In this document: piece after piece, positions 20,885 to 33,968 of the stretch
How the letters are laid out: each line of letters starts with the position of its first letter
Position numbering within the stretch: position 1 is the first letter of the stretch
Origin: Candidatus Poribacteria bacterium
GTDB taxonomy: Bacteria; Poribacteria; WGA-4E; WGA-3G
Length of the DNA stretch: 64,000 nucleotides
Direction of reading: 5' to 3'
Assembly: GCA_965215265.1 (NCBI GenBank)
Contig: OZ244048.1
Location: 480,001 to 544,000, forward strand
Made by a program: the position numbers and the translations under genes
Notes under the pieces: model-generated
What the model saw: only the letters and a program-made list of their open reading frames with translations
What the model was told of the DNA's origin: nothing
The model's database searches: none

Positions 20885-21718
20885 ATGAGAAAAGTTATTG
20901 TGTTTATGCTTGCCACAGCACTGATTTTCGGACTCGTTGTAAGCACCCCGGATCTTGCTGTCGCACAAGGCAAAGTCAACATGAAAGGTGGACCCTTAAA
21001 AGAGGACGATTGGCTCGCAAACCCCGGCGAAGCCGCTTTAAACGAAGACCATGCCAAAGTTAAGACGTGGATCAGTTTGTGGTACGGACCCGATGGAAAC
21101 TACGAAAATAACGGCGGGTTCGCCGCTTCCGCACCCAAAGACCTCATTGAGGAAGCGACAAACGGTAAACTGACGCAAGTCTCGCTCTCCACTGTTGAAG
21201 GACTTAAACTCACACAGAGCATCGATCTCAATTGGAAAGACGCAAACGGCGGAAAGAGAGGGTGGACCGTCTTCGAACTCGATCCAGCGGATACCCATAA
21301 TATGACACGCGAAGGTCCTGGTGATAGCATTGATACCTATGTTATCTGTGTTATTGATGCACCCAAGGATATGAAAGCCGTGATGTCACCCGCACACGAC
21401 GATCATGCACAAATCTGGATCAACGGCGAGAAATGGTACAATAACTCCACATGGACGGGACACGTCCAACAGGTTGATTTCAATATTGAAGTCGACCTCC
21501 AAAAAGGTGCTAACGTCGTCCTTTACCGCGTCGGAGAATCCGGTGGAGATGACTATATAAACCTCCATTTTGATGATAACACCCACAAGGTTGCCGACAT
21601 CTATCCCCAGAGAGCGAACAACCAGAAAAGTTTCTTTGACGAAGTCGCTGGCGTTTTAGATGTAGATCCCGTTGGAAAATTGGCAACCACCTGGGCGGAT
21701 ATTAAGCAAGAACGCTAA
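20885..21718 (+). CDS. Secreted PA14-like / jelly-roll protein, paralog 1, with C-terminal GKLATTWADIK motif
   Basis: Signal peptide ending AVA-Q; HDDHAQIWING...LQKGAN core; AGGAGG RBS; paralogous to the next two genes. Confidence 0.7.
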   Translation: MRKVIVFMLATALIFGLVVSTPDLAVAQGKVNMKGGPLKEDDWLANPGEAALNEDHAKVKTWISLWYGPDGNYENNGGFAASAPKDLIEEATNGKLTQVSLSTVEGLKLTQSIDLNWKDANGGKRGWTVFELDPADTHNMTREGPGDSIDTYVICVIDAPKDMKAVMSPAHDDHAQIWINGEKWYNNSTWTGHVQQVDFNIEVDLQKGANVVLYRVGESGGDDYINLHFDDNTHKVADIYPQRANNQKSFFDEVAGVLDVDPVGKLATTWADIKQER

Positions 21719-21739
21719 ACGCGAATCACGCACACTAAA

Positions 21740-21797
21740 ATACCGCCGATCGTAACCCGACTTTTCAGAAACGCAAAATTATGCGGCCGGCGGTATC
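21740..21797 (+). terminator. Stem-loop between paralogs 1 and 2
   Basis: ATACCGCCG / CGGCGGTAT inverted repeat; weak U-tract. Confidence 0.4.
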
Positions 21798-21832
21798 TTC
21801 CAATACTAACCTATTTTAGGAGGACAAATATA

Positions 21833-22687
21833 TTGTACAAAACAATAATGCTTATGAAAATATTAAACACCTTGACATTTCAAACCGTACTGGTTTTGAT
21901 ATACCTGATTGGTGTGACGACACTCGCAAGCGCACAAGGCAAAGTTAACCTTAAAGACGGTCCCTTAAAAGAGAAAGATTGGCTCGCAAACCCCGGCGAA
22001 GCCGCTTTGAACGAAAGCCATGCGAACGTTAAAACATGGATTAAGAAATGGTACGGACCCGATGGAAACTACGAAAATAACGGCGGGTTCCCCGCTTCCG
22101 CACCCAAAGATCTCATTGAAGACGGCACAAAAGGGAAATTGACGCAACCTAAACTTTCAACCGTGGCAGGCTTGCAAATGACCCAAAACGTTGATATATC
22201 ATGGCCAAAAGCAAACGGCGGCCCGCGAGAATGGACTGTCTTTGAATTAGAACCTGCCGACGGCAACAATATGAACCGAGACGGACCCGTTGATAATATT
22301 GATACATACGGAATTATTGTTATTAATGCTCCAAAAGCCATGAAAGCCGTCATGTCACCTGCACATGATGACCACGCGCAAATCTGGATTAACGGCGAGA
22401 AGTGGTACAATAATTCTGCATGGACAGGGGCTGCAACGCAGGTCGATTACAACATTGAGGTCGATTTGCAAAAGGGCGCGAACGTCCTACTCTACAGAGT
22501 TGGCGAATCCGGCGGCTCCGCATATATCAACCTCCACTTTGACGATGAAACCCACAAAGCAACCGACATCTATCCCCAGAAAGCGAACGACCAGAAAAGT
22601 TTCTTTGACGAAGTCGCCGGGGTTTTAGATGTAGATCCCGTTGGAAAGTTGGCAACCACTTGGGCGGATATTAAGCAAGAACGCTAA
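21833..22687 (+). CDS. Secreted PA14-like protein, paralog 2
   Basis: Same architecture; AGGAGG upstream; exact start uncertain. Confidence 0.7.
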   Translation: MYKTIMLMKILNTLTFQTVLVLIYLIGVTTLASAQGKVNLKDGPLKEKDWLANPGEAALNESHANVKTWIKKWYGPDGNYENNGGFPASAPKDLIEDGTKGKLTQPKLSTVAGLQMTQNVDISWPKANGGPREWTVFELEPADGNNMNRDGPVDNIDTYGIIVINAPKAMKAVMSPAHDDHAQIWINGEKWYNNSAWTGAATQVDYNIEVDLQKGANVLLYRVGESGGSAYINLHFDDETHKATDIYPQKANDQKSFFDEVAGVLDVDPVGKLATTWADIKQER

Positions 22688-22816
22688 ACGCGAAAGCAAA
22701 AATGCTTAATCATTAAATTTAATTTGATAAATTTTGATTAAAATGCCATAATATTAACAAAGTTTGTTTTAAACTTTACTAATCTATTTTGATTCTCTAA
22801 AAGGAGTTAAGTTCAA

Positions 22817-23647
22817 ATGAAAAAGATTTTTAATGTTATCTTCGCAACTGCGATAGTTTTCACACTTCTAATTGCCATTTCGCACCTTGCTATGGCGCAA
22901 GGCGTTGTTAATCTCGCCGGCGGCCCCCTGGCGGAAGATGCACTCTTAGAAAACCCCACAGAAGCCGCACTCAACGAAGATCACGCTGATGTCGAAACTT
23001 GGATTACCAAATGGTACGGACCCGATGGCAATTATGAAGTTAACGGAGGATTCGCAACTTCCGCGCCCATCGATCTCATTGAAGAAGGAACGGGAGGCGC
23101 GCTTTCACAGGTTTCACTCTCAACCCTTGATGGACTCCTCCAAACCCAAAGCATTGATATGGAATGGGGCGACGACCATGGCGGAACCAGAGCCTGGACA
23201 GTCTTTGAAATCGATCCCGCCGACGGCGATAATATGAACCGAGACGGACCTGTTGACAATATCGATACATACGCCGTTATCGTTATTGATGCCCCTGATG
23301 CAATGAATGCCGTCATGTCACCTGCACACGACGATCATGCACAAATCTGGATCAACGGCGAGAAATGGTACAATAACTCTGCATGGACCGGCGCAGCGAC
23401 ACAGGTCGATTTCAATGTTGAAGTGTCACTTCAAAAAGGGGCCAACGTCTTACTCTACCGTTGTGGAGAAAGTGGCGGCTCCGCATATTTCAACTTACAC
23501 TTTGATGATGCAACACACGATGCTGTCACCATTTATCCGAATGCCTCTACCGATAAGCAGAGCTTCTTCGAGGAAATTCTGCCACTAACTGCCGTTGAAG
23601 CAGCCGGAAAACTGACAACCACTTGGGCAGATATTAAACGCAGATAA
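22817..23647 (+). CDS. Secreted PA14-like protein, paralog 3 (acidic variant)
   Basis: Same architecture, ends AVEAAGKLTTTWADIKRR. Confidence 0.7.
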   Translation: MKKIFNVIFATAIVFTLLIAISHLAMAQGVVNLAGGPLAEDALLENPTEAALNEDHADVETWITKWYGPDGNYEVNGGFATSAPIDLIEEGTGGALSQVSLSTLDGLLQTQSIDMEWGDDHGGTRAWTVFEIDPADGDNMNRDGPVDNIDTYAVIVIDAPDAMNAVMSPAHDDHAQIWINGEKWYNNSAWTGAATQVDFNVEVSLQKGANVLLYRCGESGGSAYFNLHFDDATHDAVTIYPNASTDKQSFFEEILPLTAVEAAGKLTTTWADIKRR

Positions 23648-23885
23648 AGCAGCATAACTATTGCAAGCACGAACCTTGCAGGCGCTTTATTGCGACACGC
23701 TACAAAACCTAAGCCTTTAGTTGTCGGTTCTTGCAGCGATTCAAAACTATCTGACACCCTGGCGAACTGTTCTCTCTCATAGAAGACAGTTCGCCATCTT
23801 TTTTAACCGTTTCTCTCCTTCTTCATTGGATCCTACTCACTGCGAAAAACTTGCAAATCGCAACCGTTTCGTGTATAATAATAGC

Positions 23886-24500
23886 ATGTCATACAAAATC
23901 ATCCACTGTTCACTCACACTTATCTCTCTCCTCTGCCTCAGCGGATGGATCGGGAGTTGGAACCGCACAATCAGAGACGGCAACGAGGCGTATCTACGCG
24001 GAAACTACGAACACGCACTTGAAGTTTTTCAGAAAGCCACTCACCAGAAACCGGAAAACGCCATCGCGCACCATAACCTCGGAACTGCACTCTACAAAAA
24101 TGGTAACTTTAAAGCAGCCGCACAAGCATTTCAAAAAGCACTATTAACTGACGATAGACTTAATCAAGCAGCCGCCTATTACAACCTAGGCAACGCACAA
24201 TTCCAACTCGGCGATTTTACAGATGCTATTCAAGCTTACCGACACGCACTACGCTTGCAACCCACCGATGTTGATACAAAGTACAACCTTCAACTCGCAC
24301 TCCTGCGAATACAGCAGCAACCTACACATCAAGCCGGAAAGCAGCCCCAACAAAAACCGACAAAAAACGGGGCCAGCAAAATCCATAAAACCGAAGCACG
24401 ACAACTCTTGCAACGGCTTACACACAACGAAAATAGACTCCGCCAGAACTTATTAAAACAGAAACTTAAAAGCGGATATCGCCGACAGAAGGATTGGTAA
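23886..24500 (+). CDS. TPR protein, BatC-like
   Basis: Three TPRs (GNEAY, HNLGTALY, YNLGNAQF), YNLQLA, Q/K-rich linker, terminal KDW; adjacent to batD. Promoter TTGCAA-17-TATAAT at 23851-23879. Confidence 0.8.
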   Translation: MSYKIIHCSLTLISLLCLSGWIGSWNRTIRDGNEAYLRGNYEHALEVFQKATHQKPENAIAHHNLGTALYKNGNFKAAAQAFQKALLTDDRLNQAAAYYNLGNAQFQLGDFTDAIQAYRHALRLQPTDVDTKYNLQLALLRIQQQPTHQAGKQPQQKPTKNGASKIHKTEARQLLQRLTHNENRLRQNLLKQKLKSGYRRQKDW

Positions 24501-24534
24501 CGTATTGCAACCCTCTTTTCAGGTAGAGCACAAT

Positions 24535-26238
24535 ATGATTCGCAATCAAATAGGTAGCCCACGAAAACTACTCTCAGCCTCGAATAAAAAAATCATTCCG
24601 GCAATCCTTATACTCACCCTCAGCCTCTTATACGGCAACACTACCTACCAATGGACTCCTGCTGCAGAACCTAATCCTCCTAACGTTGATGTCGCCGCTG
24701 TCGTAAAACCCCGACACATCCAATCCACCGAAAAAGCCACCTTGGAACTCAGCATCTCCGGAACTACTTTCCTTGAACATATTGAGGCACCGACCTTCAA
24801 CTTTCTTCCGGCGTTTATCGCAGTCCCACTCCGTTCTACCACCACGCCACGGCTCGAGGCAGATAAAATCGCTGTCTCTATGGCATGGTTTTATGAACTC
24901 ATACCACAGAAAACCGGTGATTTTTCACTCTCTGATATCCGGTTCTCTTACCAAGGCACACCCTATTTCGCAAACCCCGGCACCGTTCGCGTCAGCGCAG
25001 CAGACACCTATGTCGATGCTACAACAGGAGGCACCCACACAACAGAGGCAAAAGTCACCTCACAAAACCCTTATCTCAATCAGGCAGTTACCTATACATT
25101 CCGATATCTCTATACAACCATCCTCCCTACCGCCGACGCGCCTACACCCACTTTTCCCCAGTTCCCTGACTGTTTAGTCGAAGAACTACCACCACCGCCT
25201 AATCAAACCGAGCAAATTCGAGGACAGACGTTCTGGGTACAAACACACCTACGCAGACTCTACCCACAAAAAACCGGCACCATCGTTATTGAACCTGCAG
25301 CAATCACACTCCCGCTCAAACGCAGAGCCAAAACCTTAAAAACTGAAACCATCATCCTGAACGTCCAAGCCCTACCAGAAATTGGGAAACCGCACGACTT
25401 CACCGGAGCCGTCGGTGAATACCAACTCACCGCACACGTTGACCGGAACCCTGTTGAAGCAGATAGCGCCCTCTCACTCACATTACGCATCTCTGGCAAC
25501 GGCAATATGCAAACAGTAGCACCTCCCAGGCTACCAACAATACCCGGACTCACTATTAACGGACCCAATCGCGCTGAAGAAACAACACCGCAAAGCCGCG
25601 TTTACGTCTATGCACTAGTGCCATCTCAAGTCGGGACCTTGCAGATACCTTCAATTAAATATCCATACTGGCACACACAACGCCGTGAATACCAAACCGC
25701 ACGAACAACTCCAATTCTCGTTACCGTACTCCCAAAACTAACAGATCAAACCGATAGCACAGCCGATAGCACACAATGGAAACCGTGGCTCTTCGTGTTA
25801 TCCCTCTTTGTCCTTATCGGTTTAGCAATAGCCAGCTATTTCTGGGCGCGACGCAAATCAAAACCACAACAATCACAAAATGCAGCACCGGACACCCCGC
25901 TAAATACACAAGCACTCTCGGCACTCAAAGTACTCGCCTCAAGGAATGCTCAAAACACCACTGAATTTGGCAATGCACTCGCACAAATCTTATATCGCTA
26001 CCTCTGCGAGATATTTGGAATGCCCGACATCCAGCGTAACACCACCACAGTTCGTCAACTCGGCACACAAGCAGGACTCTCTGAACCCATTCTACATGAA
26101 TTAATAGATATTCTAACGCAATGCGATTACTATCGATTCTCGCCTGCACCCCTTTCTGCAGAGGCGCGGAACGCCTTAATCGCACGCACGGAAACTGTCA
26201 TCTCTCATGCTCACATAGAAATCCGTAAAAAATCGTAA
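24535..26238 (+). CDS. batD: BatD family protein
   Basis: Repeated Ig-like modules (LIPQKTGDF, LYPQKTGTI, FTGAVGEY, ISGNGNM), one C-terminal TM helix, CDYYRFSP. Confidence 0.8.
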   Translation: MIRNQIGSPRKLLSASNKKIIPAILILTLSLLYGNTTYQWTPAAEPNPPNVDVAAVVKPRHIQSTEKATLELSISGTTFLEHIEAPTFNFLPAFIAVPLRSTTTPRLEADKIAVSMAWFYELIPQKTGDFSLSDIRFSYQGTPYFANPGTVRVSAADTYVDATTGGTHTTEAKVTSQNPYLNQAVTYTFRYLYTTILPTADAPTPTFPQFPDCLVEELPPPPNQTEQIRGQTFWVQTHLRRLYPQKTGTIVIEPAAITLPLKRRAKTLKTETIILNVQALPEIGKPHDFTGAVGEYQLTAHVDRNPVEADSALSLTLRISGNGNMQTVAPPRLPTIPGLTINGPNRAEETTPQSRVYVYALVPSQVGTLQIPSIKYPYWHTQRREYQTARTTPILVTVLPKLTDQTDSTADSTQWKPWLFVLSLFVLIGLAIASYFWARRKSKPQQSQNAAPDTPLNTQALSALKVLASRNAQNTTEFGNALAQILYRYLCEIFGMPDIQRNTTTVRQLGTQAGLSEPILHELIDILTQCDYYRFSPAPLSAEARNALIARTETVISHAHIEIRKKS

Positions 26239-26294
26239 ACCACCACTATAGGTTTACTATGTAAACCTAAACTAACACAAAGGAGCACCACAAA

Positions 26295-26822
26295 ATGGAT
26301 ACCCTTTCACAATTAATTGACTGGTTTCATCTCTTAGGGCTTTGGCTCCATATTATCGCCGCCGTAACCTGGATCGGAGGCAATCTCATCCTTGCCATCG
26401 TTATCGTCCCATACTTCAAAAAGACCTTACCACCTGTCCAACGCATTCAACTCTTGACACAGCTCGGTAAACGTTTTGAACCTGTTGTTTGGGGCTGTGT
26501 AATTGTCCTATTTTTCACGGGCATTTTCAACATCTTCAACGTCATTTCGTTCAACACGCCATCTGAAATACTGGGAACCTTCATGCGAACTTTGTTCATC
26601 AAGTTGATGCTCTTTATTGTTCTTATTATCTTGACAGCACTTCACAGCTTTATTTTTGGACCGAAATTATCATCCGCCATCGACTCCTTGGACGCAACGC
26701 TTGAAGCACTCCCGCCTGAAGTTGATCGACTCCGTTCTCAAATGTCGACGATTTCTAGTCTCATGGGGGTTGTTTCATTGCTCATCCTCTTAGCAGCGGT
26801 TGCCCTACGGATGGGAATTTAA
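26295..26822 (+). CDS. CopD-like / DUF4149 four-helix membrane protein
   Basis: WLHIIAAVTWIGG, FTG, IKL...LHSFIFGP. Confidence 0.7.
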   Translation: MDTLSQLIDWFHLLGLWLHIIAAVTWIGGNLILAIVIVPYFKKTLPPVQRIQLLTQLGKRFEPVVWGCVIVLFFTGIFNIFNVISFNTPSEILGTFMRTLFIKLMLFIVLIILTALHSFIFGPKLSSAIDSLDATLEALPPEVDRLRSQMSTISSLMGVVSLLILLAAVALRMGI

Positions 26823-26850
26823 TCTTTTCATAACAAACGGAGGAAAACCT

Positions 26851-27603
26851 ATGCGAATCCAAATTCTCGCCGACGTTGCCGAAGGAATCACCATCCCTAT
26901 TAACTATAACCATTGGCTTTCTGCAACCGTTTATCATTTCCTTGCCGGTTCCAATGCCCAATACGCCGATTTCCTACACAATGAGGGGTACCGCGTGCAA
27001 AAGAAACAGTTCAAACTATTCACCTTCTCACAGTTGATGGCACAACGACGGCAAGTGCGCAAGCAATATATCCACTTCGCCTCAACTTTGACATGGTACG
27101 TTTCTTCTCCAATTGAGCAGTTCTTAACCCATTTCGCCGATACCCTCCTCACACAACGGAGACTCTTCATAGGACACCATCAGCTGCAAATTCAAGATGT
27201 CAACGTTCTGCGCAGCCCACATTTTAAGAGAGAGATGCAATTCCGCTGTCTCTCTCCTATTGTCATGTCCACTGTCCGAACACACAACGGAAAAAGCCGT
27301 TGTCACTATTGTACACCCGATGACCCACAACTCTCCGAGCTCATCAAGAAAAACCTTATCCACAAACATGAGGCGTTGTACGCTAAACCTCCTCATAACC
27401 AGAACCTCACTTTCCACTTTGACCAAGGTTATATCAATCGGAACCAAGGACGCGTCACCCGCTTAGTAGACTACAAAGGCATCAAAATACGTGGTGTCTT
27501 ATGTCCATTTCGAGTTGTCGGCAGTCCCGAGCTCATACGCGTCGGCTACGAGTGCGGCTTCGGCGACAAAAACAGTGCCGGCTTCGGCATGGTTGAAGTC
27601 TGA
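26851..27603 (+). CDS. cas6: CRISPR-associated endoribonuclease Cas6
   Basis: PINYN, FLHNEG, FKLFTFS, LSPI, G-rich loop GFGDKNSAGFGMV; GGAGG RBS. Confidence 0.96.
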   Translation: MRIQILADVAEGITIPINYNHWLSATVYHFLAGSNAQYADFLHNEGYRVQKKQFKLFTFSQLMAQRRQVRKQYIHFASTLTWYVSSPIEQFLTHFADTLLTQRRLFIGHHQLQIQDVNVLRSPHFKREMQFRCLSPIVMSTVRTHNGKSRCHYCTPDDPQLSELIKKNLIHKHEALYAKPPHNQNLTFHFDQGYINRNQGRVTRLVDYKGIKIRGVLCPFRVVGSPELIRVGYECGFGDKNSAGFGMVEV

Positions 27604-27805
27604 TTATCGTAGTTTTTTAGAATGCTTGCTACCTGGGCGCACGCTCCACTCCAAGCGGTGCCATCCCAGAATCTTGCCTCCCCCATGGAGATGGGTTTTG
27701 CACACCGCCACAGTGCCGAGTGAACAACGCCTGTCTCTAAACGAAGCTACAAGGGGTATTGCAAACACCAGAACCCTGGCACGTCTCAAATCAAGCAGGT
27801 TGAGC

Positions 27806-27842
27806 ACAGGTAGGAGCAACCCGGCGGAGCGCTCCTACCTGT
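27806..27842. repeat. GTAG-type REP-like palindrome between cas6 and cas10
   Basis: Perfect 12-bp stem ACAGGTAGGAGC / GCTCCTACCTGT. Confidence 0.6.
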
Positions 27843-27856
27843 ACTGCTAAAAGCAT

Positions 27857-27885
27857 TTGACTTTTTTTCTTAAATTTGGTAATAT
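27857..27885 (+). promoter_or_regulatory. Putative sigma70 promoter of the csm operon
   Basis: TTGACT-17 bp-TAATAT with extended TG. Confidence 0.55.
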
Positions 27886-27917
27886 TTAACGTAAACTAAA
27901 TTAGGCGGAGAAATTCA

Positions 27918-30904
<2,987 letters not shown>

Positions 30905-30914
30905 GGAGAAACAC

Positions 30915-31742
30915 ATGCCAAGTATTCAGTTCCAAGGTAAAATTTTTCTTCAAGGGGAAATCCAAGCCAAGACCGGTTTACATATCGGAGGAAACTCCGG
31001 CGAATTAGACATCGGCGGAATTGATAATCCCTTAATCCGCAATCCTCTCACAAGACAACCCTACATACCAGGTTCCTCATTGCGAGGAAAAATGCGCGGT
31101 TTACTTGACAGACATTTTAATAAGCAGCTAAACAGACCTGTTGGCCGAAATGTCCGCGTACACGAGTGCGATCGCCCCGCGGATTACGATAAATGCCCAA
31201 TCTGTCAAGTGTTCGGAGTTGCACCCATCCGACAGTTAAGTGGCAAAACCATGCCCACGCGCCTAATTGTCCGAGATACCTTCTTGACTCAGGCATCCTT
31301 ATTGGCATTAGAGAAAGCGGATATGGATACCGACTTCACAGAGATCAAAACGGAAGTCGCCATTGACCGAATTACCGCCGCATCAACACCACGGCAGAAT
31401 GAACGAGTCCCCGCCGGGGCCACTTTCGGACCCTTCCAGATAGCCCACAGTTTTTATATACTAAACTCAAACAGCCCAAGCAATCGAATTCAAGATGAAA
31501 TCGGATTTTTCGACACCGTCCTCACCGGCATGGAACTCTTAGAGGATGACTACCTCGGCGGCTCAGGATCCCGCGGCTATGGACAGATCGCGTTTGAAAA
31601 CTTACAGATGACCTTTAAACCCCGTCAATACTATGAACGAGCAGATGTCGAACCGGAGCTCATTGCTGAAGACGTAAGTATTAAAGCCTTACGGAAAACC
31701 GGGTACGCAGCAAAGATTTTGGAGGCGATTCCTACTGAATAG
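30915..31742 (+). CDS. csm3: Type III-A Csm3 (Cas7 group RAMP)
   Basis: TGLHIGG, GGIDNP (catalytic Asp), PYIPGSSLRGKMR, KTEVAIDR, ERVPAG, LGGSGSRGYG. Confidence 0.97.
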   Translation: MPSIQFQGKIFLQGEIQAKTGLHIGGNSGELDIGGIDNPLIRNPLTRQPYIPGSSLRGKMRGLLDRHFNKQLNRPVGRNVRVHECDRPADYDKCPICQVFGVAPIRQLSGKTMPTRLIVRDTFLTQASLLALEKADMDTDFTEIKTEVAIDRITAASTPRQNERVPAGATFGPFQIAHSFYILNSNSPSNRIQDEIGFFDTVLTGMELLEDDYLGGSGSRGYGQIAFENLQMTFKPRQYYERADVEPELIAEDVSIKALRKTGYAAKILEAIPTE

Positions 31743-31750
31743 GTCCGAAT

Positions 31751-32791
31751 ATGGCAACTTATACCGTCTATCGATTAACATTCAAAACCCAGTTACATCT
31801 TGGACGTACCTCCGGGCCCGCGCTAAAGGGCAATCTCGGCCTAGAAAATACCGAAACCTATATCCAGGCAGACACCCTCTTTTCTGCATTATGCCAAACC
31901 TGGAGCATATTTTACGACACCAAAAGCCTCACTGCTTTTCTCGCTGGCTACACGGAAGGCAATGATCCGCTACCATTTACCCTAACCTCGGCATTCCCTT
32001 TTGCTCATGACGTTTACTTTTTTCCAAAACCTTTGACATTCGTTCACCCTTCCAAAAAGAGCAAGCACGTCCAATTCGTTTCTCGCTCCATTTTTCAGGA
32101 TATCATCTCCGGACACTCTCTCGACTTCAATGAGAATAATCTGATTAATGGTGAAAGGGTTTGGGTGAGTCCAGAAGAAAGTGAACCGCTTAAAATATCA
32201 ATGGGTGATGAGCTAATTGTCTGGGAAACTACCACCCGGCCACGTGTTACCACCGGCAGCCGAACTGCCGGCTCCGAAATATGGCATATCGAGAATGTCC
32301 AATTCAACAAAGGCTGCGGACTCTGGTTCGCTGTGACCTTTAATTCTGACGAAACAAAACAGAAAATTGAAACCTTGCTACGTGTACTTGGAGATACAGG
32401 CATTGGCGGTGAACGGAATGCAGGATACGGCTTGTTTGATTTTGACGAAACATCAATTGAGATGCCTACAGTAGACGCACCTGAGCAATTTGTCACGCTC
32501 TCACCGATATGCCCTGCCGCCCCAGATGAGCTCGAGGTGCTTCTCACCGGCGATGTCGCCTACAATCTCAATCTTTCTGGAGGACGGATGAGCAGTGCCG
32601 GAGGAACCCCTTCTCGCCGAAAGCAGGTCATGATGTTCACCGAAGGCTCCGTCCTCCATACAACCGGGAAACAAGTCGGAGGACTAGTCGATTTAAAACC
32701 CGATAATTGGGTGCATCCGGTCTATCGTTACGGATACGCGTGGACAGTCGGGATCAAAGGAATCCAAAATGAAACAGAGATATCAACTTAA
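31751..32791 (+). CDS. csm4: Type III-A Csm4 (Cas5 group RAMP)
   Basis: LHLG, ADTLFSAL, TSAFPF, GIGGERNAGYG, MFTEGS, HPVYRYG. Confidence 0.95.
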   Translation: MATYTVYRLTFKTQLHLGRTSGPALKGNLGLENTETYIQADTLFSALCQTWSIFYDTKSLTAFLAGYTEGNDPLPFTLTSAFPFAHDVYFFPKPLTFVHPSKKSKHVQFVSRSIFQDIISGHSLDFNENNLINGERVWVSPEESEPLKISMGDELIVWETTTRPRVTTGSRTAGSEIWHIENVQFNKGCGLWFAVTFNSDETKQKIETLLRVLGDTGIGGERNAGYGLFDFDETSIEMPTVDAPEQFVTLSPICPAAPDELEVLLTGDVAYNLNLSGGRMSSAGGTPSRRKQVMMFTEGSVLHTTGKQVGGLVDLKPDNWVHPVYRYGYAWTVGIKGIQNETEIST

Positions 32792-33926
32792 AACCATTAC
32801 GCCTATTCACATTGGCTCAGGCCAAATGTTGAACCACCTCGATGGATACTACGCAAACGGCAGATGGCATCAGATCGATTTAGACCGAGTCTTGAAACAT
32901 CCCGCAACCGATGTCAACCGTTTAACGAGCTCTATGGCACAACACCACTTCCGCTGGGAACATCACCTTCCACAAGATGGTACCAATCCAGCAGATTTTG
33001 CCGCCTATAGCTTACCTTGCTCCCAAAACCCAAATACAGTCGAAATCCGAGCAGCAATCAAAAACTTTGACAACTGCCCTTTTATTCCCGGTAGCACCCT
33101 CAAAGGCGCAATCCGAACCATGTTGTTAGCTGAACTTATTAATATAGATGATACGCTATATCAGGACAGTCGCGAACACTTAGAACGCCTAACAAAACGG
33201 AAAGGAGGCAATCCATGGAAAGAGACACCCGCCCTCCGAATTGAACAGGATGCTTTCGGAAGAGACGCGAATCATGACGTACTCCGCACTTTACACATCA
33301 GTGATACTACCCCAATTGAGACAAATTCACTTGCAATCGGCATGGCATGGACAGTTACGCTCGATCCGAACGATCAACTCGTCCAAAAAGTTGACAGAGG
33401 CAGGGAATACAAAAACTTTGTCCAGCAAATTCAAGCCGGGCAACGTCTCACATTTACCCTCAAGATTGATGAACTGCTTTTCCGGGAACGCGAAAAAGCA
33501 CAACTCCGTTTTACCGATTCACAAATGAAAGCCCTCCAAGATGTTGCCGAGATCTGCAGTTTAGTAACAGAGGAATTCATACAGAGTGAACACGATTTTT
33601 TTCAATACTACCATTTCCCGGAAATGGTCAACTTTTATGAGCGACTATTCCATAAAAACGTAAACCTTCCCGAGGGCGCTTTCCTTTTACAGCTCGGATG
33701 GGGCACCGGCTATCGCGCTAACACCGTCACATCTCTATTCACAAGCGACGAAGAAGCACCTATAGACCTATTGGAGCTGCAAAAACGGTTTCGGTTAGGC
33801 GAAAGCCGTTCTCGCCGAGGACAGTATGACAACCGTGAATTCCCCAAAACCCGACGAATTTTATATCGCGGCGAAAACCCTATTTGCCCCTTAGGCTGGG
33901 TAGAAATTTCACCGCTCGGAGCATGA
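32769..33926 (+). CDS. csm5: Type III-A Csm5 (Cas7 group RAMP)
   Basis: TPIHIGSG, PFIPGSTLKGAIRT, ISD, LGWGTGY, PKTRR, PLGWV. Confidence 0.95.
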   Translation: MKQRYQLKTITPIHIGSGQMLNHLDGYYANGRWHQIDLDRVLKHPATDVNRLTSSMAQHHFRWEHHLPQDGTNPADFAAYSLPCSQNPNTVEIRAAIKNFDNCPFIPGSTLKGAIRTMLLAELINIDDTLYQDSREHLERLTKRKGGNPWKETPALRIEQDAFGRDANHDVLRTLHISDTTPIETNSLAIGMAWTVTLDPNDQLVQKVDRGREYKNFVQQIQAGQRLTFTLKIDELLFREREKAQLRFTDSQMKALQDVAEICSLVTEEFIQSEHDFFQYYHFPEMVNFYERLFHKNVNLPEGAFLLQLGWGTGYRANTVTSLFTSDEEAPIDLLELQKRFRLGESRSRRGQYDNREFPKTRRILYRGENPICPLGWVEISPLGA

Positions 33927-33968
33927 ATACTGCTGATACTAGCATTCCTGAACCTAAGGAGAAACCTA

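Noticed and set aside
27629-27639. GTGCGCCCAG on the minus strand, resembling a group II intron 5' end
   Set aside because: Only about 25 nt remain before cas6; no intron domains or reverse transcriptase.
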